A stretch of DNA of 45,324 nucleotides, taken from assembly GCA_964595215.1 (NCBI GenBank), contig CAZQPN010000001.1, positions 1 through 45,324 of the forward strand. Direction: 5' to 3'. The DNA comes from an uncultured Rubrivivax sp. Lineage in GTDB: Bacteria > Pseudomonadota > Gammaproteobacteria > Burkholderiales > Burkholderiaceae_C. Each line of letters begins with the position of its first letter. Position 1 is the stretch's first letter. Below are positions 1-8,517 of this stretch, in pieces. The position numbers were made by a program, and so were the translations under genes. The notes under the pieces were generated by a model, which worked only from the letters and a program-made list of their open reading frames with translations, was not told where the DNA came from and ran no database searches.

Positions 1-109
1 ACGCCCCGCCCGGCGGGATCGACAGCGTCAGCAGCGCGCACGCCGCCATCGCACGGGCCAAAGGACGGAGCGCTGGTTGGCGTCGGACCATGCGGTTTGC
101 CTCAGACAT
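1..109 (-). CDS. 5' end of a secreted protein, probable TpsA/filamentous-haemagglutinin-like exoprotein (partial, runs off the window)
   Basis: Not in the ORF track. ATG at 109 is preceded by GGGAG. It reads MSEANRMVRRQPALRPLARAMAACALLTLSIPPGGA, a basic n-region plus hydrophobic h-region (signal peptide), directly downstream of the TpsB gene. TpsA identity is inferred from position only. Confidence 0.6.
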   Translation of the reverse strand, partial: MSEANRMVRRQPALRPLARAMAACALLTLSIPPGGA

Positions 110-208
110 CGTCACGCTCCCATCGGGCCGGGCGCGGCGCATGGCGCCTGCGGCCCGGCAACACACGCAGGATGGCCGCCAGGCGGCCCATCGCGCGACG
201 GCCCGCGC

Positions 209-1789
209 TCATCGCAGCGCCCAGGAGGCGGCCAGATGCAGCTTCCAGTCGCCACGGTCGGTCTGCGCCCCGTCACGCCCGGCGCGCGCCAGGTCCAGCC
301 GCAGCTGTCCCGGGCCGAGCGCGTACGCCAGGCCCACGCCGACGCCCGTCAGCGTGCAGCGTGTGCGGCCTTGAAGGCACGGGGTCGACAGGCGGTTCAT
401 CACCTGACCACCGTCACCGAAGAGCGACAGCCGCAGGCTGGCCGCGGCCGGGTCGGCGCGGGCCGGCAGCAGCTCCGGCGAGATGAGCTCCAGCGACGCC
501 AGGTAGCCGGCGTCGCCGATCACCTCGCGCTCCTCGTAGCCGCGCACCGCCTTGGCCCCGGCCAGGCCGAACTGCTCGCCGGCGATGAGCGCGTCGCCAC
601 CCAGCTGGGCCTGGAACCGTGCGCGCAGGCCCCAGTCGGCGTCGAGCCGCGGCTGGGCAAAGGCGCCCAGCCGCCAGACGGTGTAGCGCTTCGGCGCCCC
701 GGGACGGACGGCGTCGAAGTCCTGCTGCGCGGCATGGCGGCCGCCCAGGCCCAGGTTGCCGGACAGCGTGAGGTAGCCGCCGGCGGGCACTGGGCCGCCG
801 CGCTGGGCGGCGTACTCCAGCGTCAACGGCGTGGAGGTCACGCTTTCGCCGGCCGTCCCGCAGGCGCCCGGCGGCAGGCCGGCGATGCGGCAGTCGTTCA
901 GGTAGTCGCGCCGGTCCAGCGAGACGCTGGCGCGATGCTCGAGCTCGCCGCGGCGCGGCAGCAGCCCGGTCAGCCGCGCCCCGACCACGTGGCCCTGGCC
1001 GGCGAAGGACAGCGTGCCCACCGGGGTCGCGGTGGCACCGCCGTCGACATCCGAATAGGCGAAGTAGCCGTCCAGCCGCATCGACGGCCCGTACAGCGGC
1101 ATGCTGTAGTTGCCGCTGACCACGACGACGTCAGCCGGCTCGGTCGGCGAGGTCTGGACCTGCAGCGACGCCTGATGGTCGCGGCCCGCGATGGCGTCGT
1201 GGCGCCACGCCAGCGCGGCCCGCCACTGGCCGGTACGGTCGTCGCCGGTGTTGTCGATCAGCAGCGACCACTGCGTCACCCTGCCCTCGGTGACGTGGAT
1301 GCGCACGTCGACGGCACCCGGCTCGGTGCCCGCCTCGAGCGTGACCGCGAGCTGGCGCGCCGGGTTCTCGTTGGCGAGCTGGACCTGGCGGTCGATCTCG
1401 CGCACGTTGGGCGTGCGCCCCTCCTCGATCAGCGGCAGCGCGCGCCGGATCGCCTCTGGGGACTGGCGTTCGCTGCCGGTGACGACAACGCGGGCGATCT
1501 TGCCTTCGAGCACCGCGATGCGCACCGTCCCGCCGGCGGTGGACTGCTCCGGCAGGTAGGCGATCACGGCGCCGTACCCGGCCTGTCGATACAGCTCCTG
1601 CACCGACGCCGCGGCCGCCTGCAGATCGGCCATCGAGCGCTGTCCCTTGAAGGGCAGCAACGCGGCCTGGATGGCCTGCGCTGGCAACAAGGTGTTGCCG
1701 GTGATCTCAAACTCCGACACGACGATCGCCACGGGCGGCTCGCTCGCCGCCGACGACGCAGCCGCCGCCGACGCGCAGGCGAGGACCAC
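209..1789 (-). CDS. ShlB/FhaC/HecB-family two-partner secretion outer-membrane transporter (TpsB)
   Basis: POTRA-type N-terminus (FEITGNTLL...YRQAGY...VRIAVLEGKI), IDNTG at the barrel start, the VRGY loop-6 motif (AVRGYEERE) and a terminal amphipathic strand. The frame is open to an ATC at 1837, which may be the true start (see findings). Confidence 0.93.
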   Translation of the reverse strand: MVLACASAAAASSAASEPPVAIVVSEFEITGNTLLPAQAIQAALLPFKGQRSMADLQAAAASVQELYRQAGYGAVIAYLPEQSTAGGTVRIAVLEGKIARVVVTGSERQSPEAIRRALPLIEEGRTPNVREIDRQVQLANENPARQLAVTLEAGTEPGAVDVRIHVTEGRVTQWSLLIDNTGDDRTGQWRAALAWRHDAIAGRDHQASLQVQTSPTEPADVVVVSGNYSMPLYGPSMRLDGYFAYSDVDGGATATPVGTLSFAGQGHVVGARLTGLLPRRGELEHRASVSLDRRDYLNDCRIAGLPPGACGTAGESVTSTPLTLEYAAQRGGPVPAGGYLTLSGNLGLGGRHAAQQDFDAVRPGAPKRYTVWRLGAFAQPRLDADWGLRARFQAQLGGDALIAGEQFGLAGAKAVRGYEEREVIGDAGYLASLELISPELLPARADPAAASLRLSLFGDGGQVMNRLSTPCLQGRTRCTLTGVGVGLAYALGPGQLRLDLARAGRDGAQTDRGDWKLHLAASWALR

Positions 1790-2063
1790 CAGGCCGACGC
1801 GGAGGGCACCGAGAAACGGGTTGTTGTTGAAGTTGATGACAGCCTCCGGAGTTCTGCGCTCTGTGCGATGCTGATGCTAGTCGTTCGGGCCCGTGCGGTC
1901 TCACCGGAATACCCCATGCGTGAGGGTTCGAACAGCTCGCGTTCGGCCTGCCGCCTGACTGAGCGCCAGCGGCGGCGCGAGGTGTACCGCATCCGGAGCG
2001 CGCGCACCCGCTGCATTCGAGGGGGTGTCAACGCGACGTACATTGGGATACATTTCGCACGTT

Positions 2064-2082
2064 TTGACCGGTTGACCGGTCA
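2064..2082. promoter_or_regulatory. Candidate operator in the divergent tpsB/tssA intergenic region
   Basis: TTGACCGG occurs twice in tandem (2064-2079). The same bases form the inverted repeat TGACCGGT-N2-ACCGGTCA (2065-2082), about 50 bp upstream of tssA. Confidence 0.4.
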
Positions 2083-2130
2083 TCCCTTTGGCGTCCCGTG
2101 ACGCCCAACGATCGAGGGCATGTCCACAAG

Positions 2131-3207
2131 ATGAGCGAAGATCCAGCGGGTTCGTACGATCCCGGCGAACCCGTCTCCGGGTGGATTCAGCCGCTGGACA
2201 TCGGGGTCGGTGACGATCACAGCCCCTGCGGGCCGGACCTCGAGTACGACCCTGACATGCTCGAGCTTGAACAGCTCGGAGCAGGCAAGCCGGAAACGCA
2301 GTTCGCCCCGGCGGAGCCCCCTGATTGGATCCAGGTACGCGACAAGGCGAGCGAGCTGATGCAGCGCACGCGCGATCTCCGGGTCGCCATGCATTGGGCG
2401 CGCGCGAACGTCAACCTGGAAGGTTTTGCGGGCTTGTCGGCCGCCCTTTGCCTGCTGCAAGGCATGCTCGATGAGCTCTGGGATGGCGTACATCCTCTGG
2501 TCGATCCGGATGACGGCGACACCTTTGCCCGCCTGGGCGCCATTGGCGGCCTGAACAGCCTCGATGGCCTGCTCGGCGACGTCCGCAATGCCGTGCTGAC
2601 GCGGGACCGGCGGCTCGCTGGTCTGCGCATCCGCGGCGTCGAGATCGCGGCCGATCGGCTGCAGCCGCGCCCCGACGAGGACTGGATGAGCCGCTCGCAG
2701 ATCGAGACGGCGCTGGCCGAGTTGCCAGACCTGACGTACGTGCTGCGCACCCAATGTGCCGAGGCACAGCACTGGCTGAAGCGCCTGGGCAAGGTGATGG
2801 ACGATCGCTTCGGGATCGGCGAGGGCGTCGACCTGAAGGCGATGCGCGGAATGCTGTCGGCGCTCGACTCGATGCTGCCCAAGGAGTCCGGTGACTCGGC
2901 CGACGCCGATGACGCGATCGACGACGACGACATTGGCGAGCCGGTGCCCTCACCGTCCACTGCCGGGCGCAGGGGATCCGGCGTCGTCAGCATCGACAGC
3001 CGCGCCGACGCGGTGCGCGCCATCGAGCTCGTGTGTGCTTATCTGGAACGCAGCGAACCGACCAATCCCGCCCAGTTGCTGCTGCGACGCGCGGTTCGGA
3101 TGATCGACCGGAACTTTCTCCAGCTGGTGCGAGACCTGGCGCCCGATGCCATGCCGGAAGTGGCTCGAATCATGGGCGTCAATCCGGACGACATCGATGA
3201 CGGCTAG
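2131..3207 (+). CDS. tssA: T6SS TssA (short ImpA_N + C-terminal EPxxP type)
   Basis: ImpA_N motifs PCGPDLEYDP, PPDW, RTRDLR and WDGVHP; acidic linker; C-terminal SRADAVRAI...SEPTNPAQLLLRRA. ATG 2131 is preferred over GTG 2098. Confidence 0.93.
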   Translation: MSEDPAGSYDPGEPVSGWIQPLDIGVGDDHSPCGPDLEYDPDMLELEQLGAGKPETQFAPAEPPDWIQVRDKASELMQRTRDLRVAMHWARANVNLEGFAGLSAALCLLQGMLDELWDGVHPLVDPDDGDTFARLGAIGGLNSLDGLLGDVRNAVLTRDRRLAGLRIRGVEIAADRLQPRPDEDWMSRSQIETALAELPDLTYVLRTQCAEAQHWLKRLGKVMDDRFGIGEGVDLKAMRGMLSALDSMLPKESGDSADADDAIDDDDIGEPVPSPSTAGRRGSGVVSIDSRADAVRAIELVCAYLERSEPTNPAQLLLRRAVRMIDRNFLQLVRDLAPDAMPEVARIMGVNPDDIDDG

Positions 3208-3334
3208 GGTTCGTCCCAAGATTCGGTTCGGATACACGCGACCTAGACTGCGCGGTTCGCAAGTTTTGCCAGGAAGCTGCTGCTGACGGTCTCAGCGGCA
3301 CATTGCTCGACCACATCAACGTCAGGACACGACC

Positions 3335-3835
3335 ATGGGAAGCAGCCAGAAATTCATCGCCCGCAACCGGGCGCCCCGGGTGCAGATCGAGTACGACGTC
3401 GAGTTGTACGGCGCCGAGAAGAAAGTCCAGCTGCCGTTCGTCATGGGCGTCATGGCGGACCTTGCCGGCAAGCCCGAAGACCCGCTGCCGCCGGTGGCCG
3501 ATCGCAAGTTCCTCGAATTCGACATCGACAACTTCGATACTCGCATGAAGGCGATGAAGCCGCGCGTCGCATTCATGGTGCCGAACACGCTCACTGGCGA
3601 AGGCAATCTCTCGGTGGACCTCACATTCGAGAGCATGGACGACTTCTCCCCCGCCGCCATCGCTGCCAAGGTGGACGGACTCAAGCAGCTCCTGGAAGCG
3701 CGCAACCAGCTGTCCAACCTCGTCACCTACATGGACGGCAAGGGCGGTGCCGAGGAACTGATCGCCAAGGTGCTGCAGGACCCCGCCCTGCTGCAGACCC
3801 TGGGTTCGGCGGCCAAGCCCGCAGAAGAATCCTGA
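3335..3835 (+). CDS. tssB: T6SS contractile sheath small subunit TssB/VipA
   Basis: RAPRVQIEYDVE, LPFVMGVMADL, FESMDDFSP. Confidence 0.98.
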   Translation: MGSSQKFIARNRAPRVQIEYDVELYGAEKKVQLPFVMGVMADLAGKPEDPLPPVADRKFLEFDIDNFDTRMKAMKPRVAFMVPNTLTGEGNLSVDLTFESMDDFSPAAIAAKVDGLKQLLEARNQLSNLVTYMDGKGGAEELIAKVLQDPALLQTLGSAAKPAEES

Positions 3836-3900
3836 GCGGCACCACCGCCCAGCCTCGCATCAACCCGCCCACCACAGGGCTCACCGTCTAAGCATCCGCC

Positions 3901-5391
3901 ATGGCCGAACAACAGACCGAAGCGAGCGCCTTCTCCGGCGTCACGATGGAGGGCAACGAGTTTGCCTCTCTGCTGAACAAGGAGTTCAAACCCAAGTCCG
4001 ACGAAGCACGCTCGGCCGTCGAGACCGCGGTGCAGACGCTGGCGCAGCAGGCGCTGGCCAACACCCAGCTGATCGGCAGCGACACGGTGCGCACGATCGA
4101 GGCGATGATCGCCGCGCTCGACCGCAAGATGTCCGAGCAGGTCAACGCCATCCTGCACCACGAGGACTTCCAGAAGCTCGAGTCCGCGTGGCGCGGCCTG
4201 AGCTACATGGTCAACAACACCGAGACCGACGAGTTCCTGAAGATCCGCGTCATGCCGATCTCCAAGCAGGAGCTGGGCAAGACACTGAAACGCTACAAGG
4301 GCACCGCCTGGGACCAGTCACCGATCTTCAAGAAGATGTACGAAGAAGAGTATGGCCAGTTCGGTGGCGAGCCCTTCGGCGCGATCGTCGGTGACTACCA
4401 CTTCGATCATTCGCCGCCCGACGTCGAGCTGCTCGGCGAGATGGCCAAGATCGCGGCCGCCGCGCACGCGCCCTTCATCACCGGCACCGCGCCGACGGTC
4501 ATGCAGATGGACTCCTGGTCCGAGCTGGCCAACCCGCGTGACCTGACGAAGATCTTCACGACGCCCGAGTACGCCGGCTGGCGTTCGCTACGCGAGTCGG
4601 ACGATGCGCGCTACCTCGCGATGTGCATGCCGCGCTTCCTGGGGCGCCTGCCATACGGGGCCAAGACCAGCCCGGTGGACGCCTTCGACTTCGAGGAAGA
4701 CACCACCGGCAGCGATCACGACAAGTACAGCTGGTGCAACGCCGCGTACGCGATGGCCACCAACATCAACCGCTCCTTCAAGGAGTACGGCTGGTGCTCG
4801 CGCATCCGGGGCGTCGAGTCGGGGGGCGTCGTCGCCAATCTGCCGACGCACACCTTCCCGACCGACGACGGCGGCGTCGACATGAAGTGCCCGACGGAGA
4901 TCGCGATCTCCGACCGGCGTGAAGCCGAGCTGTCGAAGAACGGCTTTTTGGCGATGATCCACCGCAAGAACTCGGATCTCGCCGCGTTCATCGGTGCGCA
5001 GTCGTTGCAGAAACCGACCGAGTACGACGACCCTGACGCCACCGCCAACGCCGCGTTGGCGGCACGCCTGCCCTACCTGTTCGCCTGCAACCGCTTTGCG
5101 CATTACCTGAAGTGCATGGTGCGCGACAAGGTCGGCTCGTTCAAGACGCGCGAAGCGATGGAGCGCTGGCTGAACGAGTGGATCCTGCACTACGTCGATG
5201 GCGACCCGGCCAACAGCTCCGAGCAGACCAAGGCCGAACGCCCGTTGGCGGCCGCCGAGGTGGTGGTCGAAGAGGTCGAAGGTGCACCGGGCTACTACCA
5301 GTCGAAATTCTTCCTGAAGCCTCATTACCAGCTCGAGGGCCTCACCGTGTCCCTGCGGCTGGTATCCAAACTCCCGTCGGAGAAGGGTTGA
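3901..5391 (+). CDS. tssC: T6SS contractile sheath large subunit TssC/VipB
   Basis: ILHHEDFQKLESAWRGL, YEEEYGQFGGEP, PRFLGRLPYG, KCPTEIAISDRREAEL, PHYQLEGLTVSLRLV. Confidence 0.98.
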   Translation: MAEQQTEASAFSGVTMEGNEFASLLNKEFKPKSDEARSAVETAVQTLAQQALANTQLIGSDTVRTIEAMIAALDRKMSEQVNAILHHEDFQKLESAWRGLSYMVNNTETDEFLKIRVMPISKQELGKTLKRYKGTAWDQSPIFKKMYEEEYGQFGGEPFGAIVGDYHFDHSPPDVELLGEMAKIAAAAHAPFITGTAPTVMQMDSWSELANPRDLTKIFTTPEYAGWRSLRESDDARYLAMCMPRFLGRLPYGAKTSPVDAFDFEEDTTGSDHDKYSWCNAAYAMATNINRSFKEYGWCSRIRGVESGGVVANLPTHTFPTDDGGVDMKCPTEIAISDRREAELSKNGFLAMIHRKNSDLAAFIGAQSLQKPTEYDDPDATANAALAARLPYLFACNRFAHYLKCMVRDKVGSFKTREAMERWLNEWILHYVDGDPANSSEQTKAERPLAAAEVVVEEVEGAPGYYQSKFFLKPHYQLEGLTVSLRLVSKLPSEKG

Positions 5392-5442
5392 TGCCTGTCC
5401 TTTCCGCTTCTCCGATAACCACCACTCTGTTGGAGCATTGAC

Positions 5443-5979
5443 ATGCCTGGAAACGCGTTCATCAAGTTCACCAAGACGGACGGCGGCACGGCCCCCGGGG
5501 AGTCGCAGCAGATCGGTCACCTCGGCAGCGGTGGCTGGATCGAGATCGGTGACTGGAGCTGGGAGGTCGAGGCCGAGGCCAGTCACCTGAAAGGCACGGG
5601 AGCGGCCGTCGGCAAGCCCCAGCCCGGTGCGCTGACTTTCAAGCACTACTACGACAAGTCGTCGCCGGTGCTGATGCAGTTCATCGTCAAGGGCACGCAC
5701 TTCGCGTCGGCCACGATCGACCTGCTCAAGCAGACCGGCAAGGAGCAGCCCGAGCTCTTCTACCAGCTTGTCGCCAAGGACGTGTTCATCACCAAGGTGT
5801 CCAGCTCCGGCTCCGAGGAAGGCGAGGTGAGCCAGGACGTCGACTTCGTGTTCAAGGCCGTATCCATCGGCTACAAGCGCCAGAAGAACGATGGCACGCT
5901 GGACAAGCCGCTCTTCTTCCGCTGGAACATCGCCGAGATGACCGATTCGATCGCCAAAGACGGCCTGACCATCAAGTAA
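5443..5979 (+). CDS. hcp: Hcp (TssD) tube protein, copy 1
   Basis: GESQQIGH..WIEIGDWSW, YDKSSPVL..G.HF, V.F.FK.V...YK.Q..DGT; located directly after tssC. Confidence 0.93.
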   Translation: MPGNAFIKFTKTDGGTAPGESQQIGHLGSGGWIEIGDWSWEVEAEASHLKGTGAAVGKPQPGALTFKHYYDKSSPVLMQFIVKGTHFASATIDLLKQTGKEQPELFYQLVAKDVFITKVSSSGSEEGEVSQDVDFVFKAVSIGYKRQKNDGTLDKPLFFRWNIAEMTDSIAKDGLTIK

Positions 5980-5990
5980 GGTGAATTGAC

Positions 5991-6521
5991 ATGCCTGGAA
6001 ATAGCTTCATCCTGTTCGGCAAGGCCGACGTCCCGCAAGGCGAGTCGCTTCAGAAGGGCCATCACGGCGATGACGGCTGGATCGAGATCTCCGAGTGGAA
6101 CTTCGAGATCGAAGCCGAGCACAGCGCCACCAAAGGCACGGGCGCGGCCGTCGGCAAGGCCACGCCGGGCGTGCTGTCGATCAAGCACTACTGGGACACA
6201 TCGTCGTCGACGATCCTGTCGAAGATGGTCGCGGGTCGCCACTTTCCGCTGATCACGATCGACATGCTGAAGGTCACCGGTGACGGCGCCAAGGGACCGC
6301 AGACCTACTTCCAAGCCAAGGTGACGGACGCGTTCGTCACCAAGGTCGCGACCAGCGGCGGTGAGGACGGCGCGCTGGAGCAGGAAGTCGAGTTTGTCTT
6401 CAAGGAGATCTACCTCGGCTACAAGCCGCAGAAGAACGACGGCACGCTCGACACCACGCTGGACTTCCATTGGAGCGTGAAGGACAACAAGACGGCCACC
6501 TCGATCCCGAAGCTGGCTTGA
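5991..6521 (+). CDS. hcp: Hcp (TssD) tube protein, copy 2 (close paralogue of copy 1)
   Basis: GESLQKGH..WIEISEWNF; KGTGAAVGK and QKNDGTLD are shared with copy 1. Confidence 0.93.
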   Translation: MPGNSFILFGKADVPQGESLQKGHHGDDGWIEISEWNFEIEAEHSATKGTGAAVGKATPGVLSIKHYWDTSSSTILSKMVAGRHFPLITIDMLKVTGDGAKGPQTYFQAKVTDAFVTKVATSGGEDGALEQEVEFVFKEIYLGYKPQKNDGTLDTTLDFHWSVKDNKTATSIPKLA

Positions 6522-6640
6522 GGTACCCCTCGTCGCCGCTCGTGCCCTGCCTCCGGGCGGTGGTGTCGTCCTGACAACGCAGGCCTCGATCGGCCAGGGC
6601 ATGGCACGCACGGCGTGATGTCGCACTGACGCTTCCCCGA

Positions 6641-7141
6641 ATGATCTATCTGAAGCTGCTCTACAACGGGGAACCGGTAGCTGGCGACGCGACGACGCAG
6701 GGCTACGAGCAATGGATCGGGGTCGAGTCGTTCCGCTGGTCGATGACGGCCAAGCACACCCCTGCTGGCCCGCGTCTCGTACGCACCGAGTTGCGGCCGG
6801 GGGCCTTGAAGCTGAGCAAGGTCTTCGACCGCTCGTCGACCGTGCTTTACGAGCACATGATGAAGCAGCGGCAACTCGACTCCGCGACCATCGTGATGGT
6901 CGACACGGCGTTGCGCGACAGTGCCGAGAAGCCACAGAAAATGCTCCAGATCGTCCTCAAGAGCTGCTTCATCCGCAGCGTCGACACCTCCGCGGACGAG
7001 GACGGCAAGGCGCTGAAGCTGGCCGAGGAGATGACCCTGTCCTTCGAAGGCGGCAGCCTCGAGTACTTCCCCGACGACGCCGTGTCCAACCGTCGCCCCT
7101 CCGGCAAGCGGTACGACATCCCGAACGTGCTGGCGCGCTGA
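6641..7141 (+). CDS. hcp: Hcp-family protein, copy 3 (divergent)
   Basis: IYLKL...VAGDATTQGYEQWIGVESFRW, SKVFDRSSTVL, AEEMTLSF. Confidence 0.85.
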   Translation: MIYLKLLYNGEPVAGDATTQGYEQWIGVESFRWSMTAKHTPAGPRLVRTELRPGALKLSKVFDRSSTVLYEHMMKQRQLDSATIVMVDTALRDSAEKPQKMLQIVLKSCFIRSVDTSADEDGKALKLAEEMTLSFEGGSLEYFPDDAVSNRRPSGKRYDIPNVLAR

Positions 7142-7201
7142 GCCAACGACTGGCCGCCCGCTGACGCCTACGCCCCATCGGCCCCGACCTGCACCCATTC
7201 C

Positions 7202-7840
7202 ATGGCCGAGACCAGCCTGCTGTTCATGAAGCTCTCGGGCGCCAAGACGGGCCTGATCGAGGGTCAGGCCGAGCTTGCCGAGCACAAGAACTGGATCGAA
7301 CTCGACAACTGGACGTGGGGACTGGAGCCGAAGGCGGACGACGACTCGATCGAGCCGGCGATCTTCTGCTTCAGCAAGCTCATGGACGCTGCGTCGCCGA
7401 CCATGCTCAAGGCCATGGGCAGCGGTGACGAACTCTCCGCGACGATCGTGATCGAGGACGGATCGCTGTCGATGTTCGAGCTCACGATCCATCTGCAGAA
7501 GGCGCGGATCACGAAGTACGACCTTGTCTCGAAGGTGGAGGACAAGCGCGGCAGCATCACCGAGGAATGGGAGTTCGACTACGAGACGATCGTTCTGGAG
7601 TACCGTCCGGACGCGCGGTCGGCGCCGTCGATCGTTCGCATGCGTCGGCCACCCGGCGCGGCGACCGAGTCGAGTCAGAAGAAGACCAAGGAGATCATCG
7701 AGCTCGCCCGCGGTCTGGACATGGAAACGCTGGACGACATCTGGCTGAAGATCAAGGCGCAGCAGGCGTCTGGGGAGACAGCGGTCGCCCCCCCGGCCTC
7801 GACGCCGAAGTCGAAGCAGCGGTCGACGTCGACCGACTGA
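7202..7840 (+). CDS. hcp: Hcp-family protein, copy 4, with C-terminal extension
   Basis: FMKL...IEGQA..AEHKNWIELDNWTWG, SKLMDAASPTML, EEWEFDYETIVLEY, then about 70 extra residues. Confidence 0.85.
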   Translation: MAETSLLFMKLSGAKTGLIEGQAELAEHKNWIELDNWTWGLEPKADDDSIEPAIFCFSKLMDAASPTMLKAMGSGDELSATIVIEDGSLSMFELTIHLQKARITKYDLVSKVEDKRGSITEEWEFDYETIVLEYRPDARSAPSIVRMRRPPGAATESSQKKTKEIIELARGLDMETLDDIWLKIKAQQASGETAVAPPASTPKSKQRSTSTD

Positions 7841-7888
7841 TGGCGCCCAGACACGTCGGGGCCAACCGTCACACCGCCCTCATCGCCC

Positions 7889-8467
7889 ATGGCCCTTGAA
7901 AACCATCGTGAGCTGGAAGCAGGTGGCCGCGACATCGACGCCGGCTTCCAGTGGGAGTTCTTCTGCACCAACTGCGATCGGCGCTGGGACAGCCCGTTCC
8001 AGCCTTACCGCCTGGGTCAGGTCAACGGCCTGCTGACGCGCTTCGCGGGCCTGATTTCCGACCGCCTGGCCGGCGCCGTCGGCGGTGACTTCTCGGACGT
8101 CGGGCTGCGTCGCGCACGCGAGAAGGCGCTGGCCGATGCACAGCAGCTCGCGGCGGCGCGATACGTCGAGTGTCCGAGCTGCCACAAGGCCGTCTGCCAC
8201 GACTGCACGAACGCGCAGGCCGGTGTGTGCGTCACCTGTGCCGGCCGCCGTCAGCAAGAAGCCGCGATGCATGGCGAACGTGCGCCTGCCGACACGAGTC
8301 GCGCCGCGCGGACCGAATGCCCGAACTGTCGCCAGCAGCACGAAGGCGGCCGCTTCTGCGGCGCCTGCGGCTTCGACCTCGCCAGCACCCACAAGAGCTG
8401 CCCGGCTTGTGGTGCACTCGCGCCGCGCCAGGCGCGCTTCTGCACCGACTGCGGCCACGGGTTCTGA
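7889..8467 (+). CDS. Multi-zinc-ribbon (double zinc ribbon-type) protein
   Basis: Eight CxxC pairs (CTNC, CPSC, CHDC, CVTC, CPNC, CGAC, CPAC, CTDC); the C-terminus has the RFC..CG pattern. Confidence 0.85.
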   Translation: MALENHRELEAGGRDIDAGFQWEFFCTNCDRRWDSPFQPYRLGQVNGLLTRFAGLISDRLAGAVGGDFSDVGLRRAREKALADAQQLAAARYVECPSCHKAVCHDCTNAQAGVCVTCAGRRQQEAAMHGERAPADTSRAARTECPNCRQQHEGGRFCGACGFDLASTHKSCPACGALAPRQARFCTDCGHGF

Positions 8468-8517
8468 CCCATGCGACGCGCTCCCACCATGTCCGACACT
8501 TGCAGGCCAGGCTCTCC

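Noticed and set aside
77..2101. 674-aa + strand ORF
   Set aside because: Antisense shadow of tpsB in high-GC DNA; Arg/Gly/Ala-rich with no motifs.
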